Shown here: positions 37,901 to 50,573 of the stretch, one piece after another
Layout of the letters: every line of letters begins with the position of its first letter
Numbering within the stretch: position 1 is the stretch's first letter
DNA from: Phaeosaccion multiseriatum
Taxonomy: Eukaryota > Protista > Ochrophyta, other classes
Length of the DNA: 64,000 nucleotides
NCBI GenBank assembly: GCA_965112735.1
Contig: OZ218955.1
Coordinates: forward strand, 1,054,001-1,118,000
Direction of reading: 5' to 3'
Made by a program: the position numbers and the translations under genes
The notes under the pieces: model-generated
Seen by the model: the letters and a program-made list of their open reading frames with translations, nothing else
Told to the model about the DNA's origin: nothing
Database searches by the model: none

Positions 37901-40900
37901 AGACACTCCGTCAGAGACACATGCAGGTAGTCTCACAGCCACACATACACACACACACACACGACGCAGCAAAGCTACTCCGTCAAAGACATATACAGCC
38001 ACACTCACAGCCACACACACACACACAAACGCGAACGCACACACGTACACCGCACATGCACACACGCAACCAAACACAACCAAACTGACCTGTACGTGGT
38101 CTCCTGCCTCCCCCCCTGGAGCCAAACCTTAAGTAAGTACTCGTAAAAGGAGTCTCCTAAGGCTCCGAAGGTCACCTGAGGAGGATGGTAGTGGATGAAG
38201 AGGGGGGGGTGGAGGGGAGGAGGAGGAGGAGGAGGAGGAGGAGGAGGAGGAGGCGGAGAAGGAGGAGGAGGAGGGAAGCGACACATGAACGCAAATGGTG
38301 AAAGGTAAGCGAAGCCCACAACTCTCTTTCTCTCTCTCACCTTTTCTCTATTTCTCCCTATCTATCCCTCTCTCTGTCCGTCCTGTCCTCTCTCCCCCTC
38401 CCTCCAAGCTGGCTCCCTCTCCTTTCCTCCTTCTCTCTCCCTCCCTGCCTCCCTCTCTCTCTCTCTCTTGCCTGCCCTCCTTACCGTCGTGGTTGTAAAC
38501 TTGGCGGTCTGTGGGCTAATGTAGATGGGGTACAGCCCGTCCTTCACACCGGGCATCTTGGACAGCACATCGAACACTTTATTCGCGGCTTTGGCGTACT
38601 TGGGCTCTCCAGTGGCCTGGCTCAGGTACCTTCGGGGGGGAGGGAGGGAGGGGATGGCAGTGGATGGGAGTGGATGGGAGGGGGGGAGAGAGAAGAGAGG
38701 TAGCAGAGAGAGAGAGGGGGGGGGTGGAGGGTGGGAGAGAGAGAAAGAGGAAGAGGGAAGGGGAGACAGAGAGAGAGGGCAGAAGAGAGAGTGGAAGGAG
38801 GGAGGGGGGGAGGAGAGGGAGGGATGGAGGGGGAGAAGGAGAGGAGGAAAGGAGAGAGAGGTTGGAAGGCGAAACTGAGGGGGTATGCCCACAGAATAAG
38901 TTGGCACCCACAAGCAAGTTAGTCATCAATTCGGAGTCCCATGGTACGGGTACAAACCTGAACTCCAACTGCAGGGTGCCTAGTTCGGACAGAATGGAGC
39001 TCCCCCCCGTCCAGCCCGTTTGGGCACCGGCCCCAGACCCCAAGTTCACAAAGCTGCTGGGAATGCCTGGAGTTGGGATGGAATGGGATGGCAGTGGATG
39101 GGGTGAGATAGGGTGTGCAGGTCAGTAGGACGGGATGGCAGTGGATGGGATGGGATGAGATGAGCAGCGGAAGAGAGAGAGAGAGGACAAGAGTCAGGAA
39201 CTCACATCACTTACTAACTCTACCCCCCGCTCCCCCGCTCCCCCGCTCCCCCCCCCGCTCCCCCGCTCCCTCCCTCCCTCCCTCCCTCCCTCCCTCCCTC
39301 CCTCCCTCCCTCCCTCCCTCCCTCCCTCGCTCGCTCGCTCGCTCCCCCGCCCCTCCCCTCCCCTCCTCCTATCTCCTTCCTTACCCGTGGGTGTGTTGAA
39401 GGCCGGGAAGAGCCTGTCACCAATGTCTGTTGCCTTGGTGAGAAAGACCTTGTCCCCCGACAGGTCATATGCCGACAGCAGCCCTCCGAACTCTCGAATT
39501 GTCGTCTCGAACACACTCACCTTGCCTGTGACGAGTTGACCAATGAGTGAGTGTGTGTTTGTATTGTGTGTTGTGTGTTGTGTGGGTGTGTGTGTTGTGT
39601 GTGTATTGTGTGTGTGTGAGTGTGTCCGGGAGCATTGGCGGGAGTGGAAGGGCGCCAATCAATTGAACAATAAGGGAAACCCAAACGAAAACAAGGGAGG
39701 ATAGTATCACCAACTGCTGCTGTCACTCCCTCTCTCTCCCTCTCTGTCCCTCTCTCCCCACTAACCTGTGTGGCTGAAAGTGAGGTGATCCCTGACCCAA
39801 TCTCTGGCCTCCCAAAACTCATCTTTCAACCCCATAAGCCACAGAGTGTCCAGAGAGTCGACAAGCGTTACTCCCATACCCCCCCAATTGTCTTGCCTAG
39901 GCAGGTAGGTGGCGGTGGTTAGTTCGAGAGGAGGAGAAGGGAAAGGAGGAGGAGGAGGAGGAGGAGGAAGAGTAAGTAAGTGAGCCATGCGACTTCTTCC
40001 TCGGGGTGAGGAGGCCTCCCTCCTTCCGTCCCTCCCTCTCTTTCACTCACCCTCCCTTCCTCCCTCCTTCCCTCCCTCCCTCCCTCCCTCCCTCCCTCCC
40101 TCCCTCCCTGCCTCCCTGCCTCCCTCCCTCCCTCTCACCCTCCCTCCCTGCCTCCCTGCCTCCCTGCCTCCCTCCCTCCCTCCCTCCCTCTCACTCACCC
40201 TCTGTTGCTCTGAGGCTTGACTTCATCTTTGCCCCATGCAAACTGTTTATATCCCGTCCACGCGTGCTTCATAGAGTCCCTCACCGCTGCTGCTCGTATC
40301 CGACCCTGTTCGTCGCTCTGTGTGCGCATTTCCTCAGTAATCTCGCGGTCAGAGGTACCATCGATCACGGCCCTGTCCACCTGGAAGGCGGGGTGGGAGG
40401 AGAGGGAGGAGGAGGAGGAAGAGGAGAAGGAGGAGGAGATGAGGGCGAGAAGAGGAAAGAAAGAAAGAAAGAAAGAAGAAGCAGAAGAAGAAGAAGAAGA
40501 AGAAGAAGAAGAAGAAGAAGAAGAAGAAGAAGAAGAAGAAGAAGAAGAAGAAGAAGAACTTACTATAAGATCTAGCTTTACAAGACGGGACTCACTGTGA
40601 CAAAAGAGGTTACCAAGGGGGACTTAGTGTGACATCTAGATGAGCAAGGAGGACTTACAGTAACATCTAGCTTAGCAAGCAGAACTTAGTGTAACATCTA
40701 GCTTAGCAAGGGAGGGGGAGAAGCAACTTTACTCACTCACTCACTCACTCACCTCAACGAACTTTGTCCCCAGGCCGAAGCTCGACGTCTCATACTTGGC
40801 CGCCACCCCCCTTCCTCCACAATCCACCCCTACCCCCTCCTTGCCAGTGAAGTCATCAAGGCCATAGGCTGCCAGCACCGACCCCGCCACCGCCGAGAGA

Positions 40901-41525
40901 GCATTGCTCTGCAGCACAGAGCTCAGGGGGGCGAATTCAGAGGTGGTGTGGAGGAGGAGCAGCTGTGTAGTGGGGTGTGTGTGTTCGGCACAAAGGAGAA
41001 GGAGGGGGGGGGAGAGAGAAGGGTGAGCCGGGTCGATGGGGGTACGGAATAAGAGAGAGAGAGAGAGGAGAGAGAGGAGAGAGAGGAGAGAGAGAGAAGT
41101 TAGAGGAGAGAGAGAGGAGAGAGAGAAGAGGGAGAGAAAGAGGAGAGAGAAGAGAGAGAGAGAGAGGAGAGAGAGAGAGGAGGGAAGGCGACGGAGAGAG
41201 AGAGAGAGAGAGGAGAGAGAGAAGAGAGAAAGAAACAAAGAGAGAGAGGTAAGGGAGAGAGAAGAGAGGCACCTACCTGCTCATCCGACAGGCTTTGATC
41301 GAAGAAGATGGCGCTGCTAATGTTGCCCGCGAAGGGGTAGTCTTGGGACGGAAAGGACCCTACGTGCATAGCCTCGGAGCTGCCTGCCACGCGATTGCCT
41401 GAGTGGGTGTATTATGTCAATGGGTGGGTGGGTGGATGGGTGCGTGGGTGGGTTGCGTGTGTGTGGGGGGGAGGGGAGAGGCCAGGGCCACACATAACAA
41501 ACAAAACAAAGACACACACACACAC

Positions 41526-41569
<44 letters not shown>

Positions 41570-43931
41570 CCACACAAAGGTGGGTATGGAAGAGCAAGCC
41601 ATGCTCACCCCTCAGTCCCTCCCTCGGCCCTCAGCCGCTCGAGTCCCTCCGTCAGGCCTTTCCTTGTCTTGTCCCTCCTCACCTGCTGCGAAGTTCACCT
41701 CCTTCCCATCGAGATAGATGCGTGCGCCGTCGCTGCCCATGGTGGCCCCCACACTCACCCAGCGATCGGTGGGCACCTTCTCCTCAGAGTGGAGCTGCAT
41801 GTGTCGTGAGTGATATGCGGGTATATGGGGGTCATATGGGTGAGTGGGTCAGATTAGTCCTTGATTGGATCAGATCAGTCCAAGTCAGTCCAGTTGGTGC
41901 TTCCCCCCCCCCCCCCCTCCCACCGGTCCGAGAGTCATGAAACTGGAGCTGCAAAACTGACCTTCCTACACCCGTTCTGGCCATCGCCCCACTCCAGCCA
42001 TAGCTGACGGTCCGCCGCCTCCCACCCGTTGACGTACACCGCATAGCCCAGTTGGCTGCCGGAACACCCCAGCATCTGTGATTTGCAGTGATGGATACAC
42101 AGAAGCGGCAGCAGCAGTTGGTGGTAAACAGCAGCAGCAGCAGCAGCAGCAGCAGATGGTTAATTGAGCTGAATTGAACTGAGCTAAACGGGACTGAACT
42201 CCCTTTCTCCCTCTCTTCCTCCCCCCCTTCCCTCCCTCCCTCCCTCCCTCCCTCCCTCCCTCCCTCCCTCCCTCCCTCCCTCCCTCCCTCCCTCCCCCCT
42301 CCCCTATCCACCTTGTTCCCAAACACCGTTTTCATGTGGTGCTGAGTGTCGCTCCCTTCGAGGTAGATCCAGGCAAAGGCCGTGAGCTCTGGCGCTTCGT
42401 CCAGAGGAACAGAAACAGCAAGGTAGGTGCCCTCTGTGACTCGCAGGCTTCGCTTTCGGTCGATTTGAGAGACTGCATGGGTGGTCAAGGTTGGGATGAT
42501 GGGGTTTGGGTCGCGATAGCAGTTGATGGGAGGGGGTTGTGGTGGCGGGGTAAGAGAACGAGACGACCATCCCCAAAAGACAGAAAGAGAAAGGGAAAGG
42601 GCTTTATGTGATAGGAAAGTAAAAGGCTGGGGAGCGAGGTTTCCAAGATGGGCCGGCCCTCTCCCTCCCCTCCCTCCCCTCCCTCCCCTCCCTCCCTCGC
42701 TCCCTCCCTCCCTCCACTCCTTCCCTCCCCTCCCTCGTTCCCTCCCTCCCTCCCTCCCTCACTCCCTCCCTCATTCCCTCCCTCCCCCTCTCCGCTCCCT
42801 CCCTCCCTTCCCTCCCTCATTCCCTCCCTCCTCTCCCTCCTCTCCCTCCCTCCCCTCCCTCCCCTCCCTCATTCCCTCCCTCCTCTCCCTCCCTCCCTCC
42901 CTGCCCCCCTCCTTCCCCGCTTGCCTGCCCACACCCGCAACGAATCAATCACTCCCCACCCTACATACCCCAACACGAGCCCACCTGAATGAATCACCAC
43001 ATGTTCCCCTCCGGACAGGCCCACGTTGTCCTTTGCTACTGTATCACCAACTGCTGCTGCCTTCGTGGCTGTTGGGGGTGGGGCAGGCAGATGTAGGGCT
43101 ACCGCAGGCGCTGGACGTGAAGCTATGTCTCCTCCTCCTCCTCCTCCTGCTCCGCTTAATGTATCACCAACTGCTGGCAGTCCCGCTGCTGCTGCTTCAG
43201 CATGACTTGGAGGATAGGTTGATGCGGGCTTTCGCTGCTGCTGCTGTTGTTGCAGGGGGGGGGCTGCCTCCCTAGTTTGTCTATTAAAATGTACTCCTCC
43301 TACTGCTGCTGCTGCGTCGGGCCGAAGAGAGGGCGGGGAAAGAAGAGCAATGGGTTAGGGTTCGGGTGGTGGTGGGGAAGGGGGGGGGTAAGGGAGCGAG
43401 CAAGTAGCCCTCACCACATCTATAGCGCATATTCCATCCTTCACCCTTCCCTACAGGCTGCATTCCTGTCCCTACAGCATCAGCAGCCGAGGCAGGCAGA
43501 TACCGTAGACCCACACCACCCCCGGCCAACCCATGGCATACTTTGACGACTTCACCACAAGCACCTTAACCTAGCACCTTAACCTAGCACCTTCATTCGT
43601 CTCCTCCTCTCTCTCTCTCTCTCTCTCTCTCCCTGCAAGCTCTCCTCTCACCTCCTTCGGGCGAGTTTGATACGAAGCTGTTGCCCAAGAAGATGCCGGC
43701 GAAGAACACCACTACAACGACAGGAGTGAGCAGAAGGATCATAGGACACCGAAGCAGTCTAGAGCCGCCAGGGCTTCTGTCTCCGGACGAGAGGTGCCGC
43801 CGCCGGGACGCTCTCCTCCCTCCTCCTCCCCCTCCTCCTCCTGCTGCTGCTGCTCCTGCCCACATCTTGCTCCTTCCGCTCCCTGTCCTGCTAGTGCTGC
43901 TGTAAAGCGGTAGGTCCCGATGGTTCCCCAT
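34986..43931 (-). CDS. Class I alpha-1,2-mannosidase (GH47), type II membrane protein with a LamG/concanavalin-like domain in the stem; about 20 exons
   Basis: Exons carry [115 protein letters not shown] and FNTEAHPL. Exon 1 has TM segment [19 protein letters not shown]. LamG-like [42 protein letters not shown] lies in exons at about 41277-42474. Confidence 0.93.
36598..37183. repeat. Intronic 54-bp minisatellite, about 11 copies, built from two related half-units
   Basis: Unit CCCATACGTC(A/T)TGTGCCCCATACACCTCCAACCATTAT(G/T)CCCCATATAC(C/T)TCAA. It fills most of the intron 36475-37186 and runs up to the splice donor. Confidence 0.95.
40555..40710. repeat. Degenerate ~31-bp tandem repeat, about 5 copies (ACTTAGTGTAACATCTAGCTTAGCAAG-like), intronic
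   Basis: ACTTA..ACATCTAG..AGCAAG recurs at roughly 31-bp spacing. Confidence 0.7.
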
Positions 43932-44327
43932 GATCTTCCCTTTTTCTTTTGCCTTTCTTCCCCCTCCACTGTGCGACGTTATACCTCGCGGGTCTAAAAG
44001 TAAAAAAGCGTATGGGCATTCTTGTCCGAAGGCGTTCTTTGATGTAATAGTGATTAGGGGTCAGGAAAAAAGAGAGAGAGAGAACAGGAAGTAATCGGAG
44101 TGCAACAAGACAATCTTTGGTGGCACTGCACTACGCCGATCGCCTTCTAGGTGTCTTGGAGGTGAGTGTCCTCTCTTTTACTTTTTTTGCGACGGCAGAC
44201 CACTAATGCATTCAAGCCCCCCCCCCCCCCCCCCCCACGCGCGTTTCTGACACCACTCCTCAGCTGTATAACCGTGCGGCTTTCTCCCTGGGGCCTCGCC
44301 ACCTAACGTGTGTTTTGCTGGAATCGC

Positions 44328-44501
44328 CCCCTGACGGGATTCTGAGGGGCGGTGCACAGAGCGAATCAGGAAAGGGGAATCCGCCCTGCAGAGGGCATCA
44401 GAATCCGGAATCCGCCCTGCAGAGGCCACCAGAATCCGGAATCCGCCCTGCAGAGGCCATCAGAATCCGGAACCCCCTTTCCCTCAGAATCCCGTCAGGG
44501 G
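44328..44501. mobile_element. MITE-like element with CCCCTGAC termini and three internal 31-bp repeats
   Basis: CCCCTGACGGGATTCTGAGGG and CCCTCAGAATCCCGTCAGGGG form a 21-bp perfect TIR. GGAATCCGCCCTGCAGAGGSCAYCAGAATCC occurs at 44376, 44407 and 44438. Confidence 0.75.
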
Positions 44502-44506
44502 CCGAC

Positions 44507-44743
44507 TCGATGTCGACACTACATTTCGATCTCCTCCTCTCTTGTCCGTTCACTGCTCTCTTAGGTCCATGTAGCTAATATGACGCTTTCCCACAACTCG
44601 TGCAAGTTCGTCACCAGTCTCTAGGAGAGAGATAGCACAACACGGCAATGTGGGAAAGCGTCATATTAGCTACATAGCACCTATGAGAGAAGTGAACGGA
44701 TTGGGAGAAGTGCCCAGAGATCGATATCTAGTGTCGACATCGA
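44507..44743. mobile_element. Foldback/MITE element with TGT...ACA ends inside TCGA flanks
   Basis: TCGA-TGTCGACACTA ... TAGTGTCGACA-TCGA. The inner arms ATGTAGCTAATATGACGCTTTCCCACA and TGTGGGAAAGCGTCATATTAGCTACAT match perfectly over 27 bp; TCCGTTCACT and AGTGAACGGA also pair. Confidence 0.75.
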
Positions 44744-45271
44744 TTTATCTCAACAAAATGACTTGTGGCCGCGTGGTGTCCTGTGCTCCTGTGTGCCGTC
44801 GTGTGCCGCGGCTGACCGCCGATCACACCGAGCAGATAACAAGATAACGGTTATCTTGATAACATCCTTTGTTGTATGGGGGGGATACCTTGGGACGGAG
44901 CCACCTCCCTCCCGGACAGAGGCAAGTAGTAGTGTAGGACGATAGGAAATGAGGTCACGCGCGCACGCACGCACACGCACACGCAGGCACACACGCAAGC
45001 ACACACACACACACAGTAGCACCGCGCGCGCTCTTCCTGTTCCTCTTCGTCATCGCTCCAGCTCTCCTACCAGATGGTGAGCCCCTCTAGGAGTACACGG
45101 TGGTGCGGTTGCACATGGGGAGGTGCAGCGTTGGTTGTAACGGATTAGGAAGAGTCGGTGGGAGGCGGTAGTCCAAACACAAATGGCGGAAGTAGTTGGT
45201 TATATGGGGTGGTCCTCAAACGGGTCATGTCCCCCAATATAGATAATTATTCGCTACGACATCGGGACTGA

Positions 45272-46582
45272 ATGGGGTTCCCAGGGAAGCTTGCGCAGAT
45301 CCTGAAGGTGGAGCCCACCTCCCTCATCCGGTGGTCGGACGATGGAGTGGCTGTCATTGTGGAGGACCGGGAGGCGTTTGCGAGCATCGTGCTCCCCAAG
45401 TGAGTTTTTTTTTTTTTTTTTTTTTTCTGTTTAATTCTCCCCACAAGCCTCGCCGCACGCGCCGAGCTCCCTTCGAAACCTTCCCTTTCCCCACCCACCC
45501 GCCTCTCCTACCCCTCACCTGACTCTCTCTTTTGTTCTCTGTTGCTTCTCTTCCTCGCGCAGATACTTTAAACACAATCACTTTACGTCGTTCACCAAGC
45601 AGCTCAATCTGTACGGCTTCTACCTCGAGTGCAGGGGCCCCCACAGAGGTGCTTACACGCACCCGCTCTTCCAGAGGGATAGGCCGGAGAGCTTGAAGGA
45701 TATGTGTCGCATCAAGGGGCAGCAGCTGCACGGCGCGGGCGGAATTGGAATGGCCGGCATTTTACGGGGAAGGAAGCGGGCCCGTCGGTCTCGAGGAGGA
45801 GGAAAAGGGGAAGGACAAGCAGAGGAAGATGACCGGAGCGGGGGGAAGAGGGAGCCAGGTCAAGAGCTGCCGGTGCATATGCAAGAGTATTTCCGGTACC
45901 AGCCCCCCCCGCCCAGCGCCGACACCCCCCCCAACCACCACCAGCAGCAGCAGCAGCAGAACTCCTTGTATCTGCCCCTGATGCTGCCACCGTCGACAGC
46001 ACAGGCACAGCAGATGATGCATCCCGTGCCGTTTATGGCGAGGCAACAACAACTTGCGCACCTCTACTTTGCTCACCACCACCACAACCATCAGCAGCAG
46101 CAGCTGCAGCTCCTGCAGCAGCTCCGGTATCAACAGCAGCAGCAACAGCAGCAACCGCAGCACCAGCGGTACCAGCAGCTCCAACTTCAAGAGCAGCACG
46201 CTCACTATCGTCACCAGCAGCTCTACCCTGGCCAACAGCAGCAGCCCCTCAGCGTTGGTTATTGGCCCCCCACCATGAACCCTACTGGGTCTGGGCATCT
46301 CGCAACAACCACAGCAGCAGCAGCAGCAGCAGCCGCAGCAGCAGACGGAGGCGGCAGAGGAACGTCTGGGACGATGGCAGCGGCGATGGGCAATGCTTCG
46401 TACCCCCCCCTTCCTTTCCTTCCTCCTCCTCCTCCTCCTCCTCCTCCTACGGAGGGATACCTGGTCCAACGAGCTCCTCTATCCGCATACGCCGCCTCTG
46501 TAAATCTCGCAGCAGGGTACACTCCTCAGCGAGAGCATCGGCAAGAGCAGTGCCAGCAGCAAGGGTCGGAGGGAGTGGCAGC

Positions 46583-46615
<33 letters not shown>

Positions 46616-46901
46616 TTCGCCCTCTCTTCCGTCCATGAGGGAAGAGCATAAGGGGCGGCTGGAGCACAAGTTCAAGAAGCCATCGCACAGGCAACAAAAG
46701 CGGCAGCAGCAGTTGGGGATACAGCAGCAGCAACCGCAACAGCAGCAGCAACCGCAACATGAGCCATCGAAGCAGCAGCAGCAACAGCAGCAGTTGGTGA
46801 TACAGCAGCAACGCGTGGCCTCGTTGTCGTCTTCCCCTTGCACCAGCGACGACTCAAGCTCGTCCTCCGCGGACGAAGAGGCGCCGGAAGAAGTGTGGTG
46901 C

Positions 46902-46938
<37 letters not shown>

Positions 46939-47345
46939 TCATTCGAAGCTGGGACTATGTGGTTCCGGTGTACTCGGATCCGATGGGGGAGGCATCCTCC
47001 CAAGCCGGCAGTGGTGGTAACGGCTGTAACGGCTCGGACGATAGCAGCAGGGGCAGTGAGGTTTGCAGAAGAAACAGCGACGGCAGCATGAGCAGTAGCA
47101 CCGCCAGCAGAAGCAGTAGCAGCAGTGGTGGCAGCAGCGATGGCGAGACCGATGGTGTGAAGGGCGATGGTGGTCCTGGCCACACAATCGCACCAGGCAA
47201 ATCTTGGTTAAGCAGCACCAGCACCGCCGCAGCAGGAGAGGAAGGGGATCGAGGGGGGGGGCGAGAACGAGTGCGGTTCGCAGATGAAGAGTGCGTGAAT
47301 GAAGGTAACGTTCAAAGGGGAGTACGTACCGGGGTCGTGTGGTAG
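45272..47345 (+). CDS. Heat shock factor (HSF-type DNA-binding domain) with Q-rich tail. Exons 45272-45399, 45563-47345
   Basis: MGFPGKLAQIL..LIRWSDDGVAVIVEDREAFASIVLPK|YFKHNHFTSFTKQLNLYGF..AYTHPLFQRDRPESL is an HSF DBD. It was missed by the ORF track because of the intron. Confidence 0.9.
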
Positions 47346-48503
47346 TGCCTAGCGGGGTAGGGACTACTTGTGGTATACCAGTAGTACTTGCAACAAGGGC
47401 CTGACTCATGGCGTCCTTGTGGTGGCAAGATTTCTATATGCACCCCGTACACCACCCGTAAGGGGCGATGTGGTGACATATATATGCATATATTTGTTCT
47501 TTTCTATTAGATTTAGATCAGCACACTTGAGTTAGTTGTGTTGCGGAGGGAGGGGAGGGAGGGGAGGGAGGGGAGGGGAGGGGAGGGAAGGGAGGGAGGC
47601 TCGTCTGGAGGTAGAGGTACTTGGTTCAGGCAAAGGTCAGACAAAAGTCAGCACACATCCTTGACTTATTGTGTGGCTGTGAGGGAAGGCGGGGGGGGGC
47701 AGTGACTCCAGGGGGGGCGGGAGGACACACTGCTGGGGGAGGATGGTGTGACGGAATGTATGGGTTGATGGATTGTTAAAAGTTAGTAAGAAGCAGAGGA
47801 AAAGTCGGATCGACCTGTCCCATGTCCATCAGGCGGAGCGGTTCTGTCTGCATTTTATGTGTATCCGGAAGTGGTATAGACGAGTATTATCGGTCCTCAG
47901 TCTCGGCCTGGTCAGATGTCGCCACCCTCGCTCGCCTCCACCATCGCTTACTTCATATATAATATATATATAGTACATATTTTTTTTTTCTGCACTCTTA
48001 TTAGCATCCTAAGGCCCATCAAATTCCCCCCTTCACTCCTCCCCTGCGCAAGACTACCTCTACTTTTCTTGCGTCTTTGCAAAAAACCACCCCCCCCTCT
48101 TACTGTTTCCACTCACTATCCACCCGGTAGCTCTCATCACTAAAAAGGAGAGGCAAGGTAAATGTCGTAACTGTCGCCCAATGCGACGTGAGAGTGAAGC
48201 CATCTTCTTGTCGAGCGGCGTGCCTGCCTTGCCATCATTGGAAGGTGTGGTCTGGTCTTGGATGCCCTTCCTTCTTCGTCCTTGGCCCAACGCACCAGTC
48301 TGCGGCCGTGGTGCTCCTGTTTGGGCATCCCCGGTGCTCCTGTTTGGGCATCCCCGTTTGGGCTTGCTTGGGGCTACCACGACCCAGTCACCAGCGACAC
48401 AGGACTAACGCGCGCACCCTGCTTGCGGTTTCGGCTCCCCACCTCTAAGTCTCCTTCTTCCTCACCAATTCTCCCCGCCTGCCACGCCCCCCTCCTCCTC
48501 CTC

Positions 48504-48538
<35 letters not shown>

Positions 48539-48630
48539 CCTCTTCCCCCTCTTCCTCCTCCTCCTCCTCCCCCCCCTCCTCCTCATTCCACACCCTCGCT
48601 CCCTCCCTCCACCCCTTCCCTTCCCTACTC

Positions 48631-49356
48631 TCATTTCCCTCTGCCGAACCACCTCGCCAATCGCCCAGGCTCGGCCTCTGCACTACTTTCTCCTCTCCCC
48701 ACGCCCGCCGAAGTCGCCGGATCACGCATTATCGCATCCTGCCCACCTCCTCCTTGCGCCGCCGCAAAGGGATCATTGTAGCGAGAGTCTGTGTCAAAGC
48801 CTGTCCCTGTCGTAATATCCGTCTGCCTGGGTTGGTTCGAGCTGTATAGTTCGTCCACTGAAGCTGAGGATGAGGATCCCTTGCCCCCTCCACCCCCACT
48901 GCCATATCCCTGTCCTGGCGCTGCTATAGGAGGGGCGAGTAAGCTCGGTGTGCCTGAGCCCGGGGCCCCAATGCCCTGGCCTGCTGCATCCTCCTGGTCT
49001 GAGCTCCAATTGCTCAAGAATTTGGTTAGCCCGATGCCCACCCCTGTCACAGGCCATGCACGCAGAAGGGGTGGAGAGGAGACACCACGAGAGAGGGAAG
49101 GTGAGTGAGCGAGTGAGTGAGTGAGTAAGTAAGGGAGGAAGGGCAGTGGATGGGAGGGAGGGAGGGAGGGGAGATGGTGGATGGCAGGGAGAAGACACAG
49201 CAAGAGAGGGTGAGGGAGAGAGGGAGGGAGGGAAGGCAGTGGACGAGAGCGAGGGAGGCAAAGCAAGAGAGGGTGAAAGAGGGATGGAGGGACGGCCGTG
49301 GTATCAGCGCCCACCCATTCATATGGAAGCATCGCTCAAAGACAGCAGGTGAGCAG

Positions 49357-49403
<47 letters not shown>

Positions 49404-50573
49404 GTGAGGTATGTGTGTGTGTGCGATGGTCGTGCCGTGGCTTTGCCTTACCTTCAATGATAGCGAGAAGCACCCCCCCCACTACAGCGTTCTTCGCCGC
49501 TACCTTGGGCCCTGTGGGCACAGATGACAGCAACGCACAGAGGGAAGGAAAGCAAGTGTGAAGAGGACATGGCCACCAGCCTTTCCAACCATCTAGCCAG
49601 TCAGCCAGTCCGCCAGCCAGCCAGCCAGTCACTCAGCCAGCCAACCAGTCAGCCAGCCCTCGCTCTTCCGTCCCTTCCCGTCCCTGCACTCACTCACTTA
49701 CTTACGCACTCAATGACTGACTCACTCAGTCACGCACTCACTCACTCACTCACTCCCTCCCTCCCTCACTCACTCACTCTCTTCTCTCCCTCCCTCCCTC
49801 CCTCACTCGCCCTCCCCTCCCCAACCCACCTGCGCGCAGCGCCAAGACCCCACCCGTGACGGCTCCTGAGATGATGCTATTCCAAGGGTCCTCCTTGCGG
49901 CGGAGGGCCACCAAACTGCAGTCACAGCACGCAAACAGGCCACCCCACACCGCAAAATTCCCTCCCGTCACTGGGGCGCGGGCCTGAGGGGTGTGTGAAT
50001 GAGTGCAGTAATGGGATGTGTCAGCAGTGTTAGCGGTGCTTTATGAAACTTGAATGAGGGAGAATGGAAAGGAAGAGAGGCGGGGTTTTGGCATGGGGTT
50101 TGATGTTTGTACTGCTGCCGATATGGAAGCTCAGGTCGAAGGGCAGTACACAGCCCTGCGCGCTTTCTTGTTTCTGCACAAGCTCACAAGAATTACACGG
50201 GATCCGAAGGGAAGAAGAAGAAGAAGAAGAAGAAGAAGAAGAAGAAGAAGAAGAAGAAGAGGAGGAGGAGGAGGAGGAGGAGGAGGAGCAGGAGCAGGAG
50301 GAGGAGGAAGAGAAGAAGGAGGCGGAGGAGGAGTAGGAGGGCGGAGCAAGGCCAGAGCGGGACCACCGGAGACCATGGCTCTTTCCCCAGCTCCACGCTC
50401 CTCCAAACCGTTCTTACCTTGACATTTTCAATTGATCCTCGCAATCTCGACCCCCTGGGCGCATTCCTTGCACCTTTGCCACCATACCAGACCAGACCAC
50501 CGACAGCTCCAAACACGAATGCCCCGCCAAAGTCATCCACGATACGATACGGACACGGCTCTCGATCCGCCAT
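48631..50573 (-). CDS. TIM17: Mitochondrial import inner membrane translocase TIM17. Exons 50573-50418, 49983-49830, 49511-49452, 49043-48631
   Basis: [88 protein letters not shown]. Confidence 0.95.
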
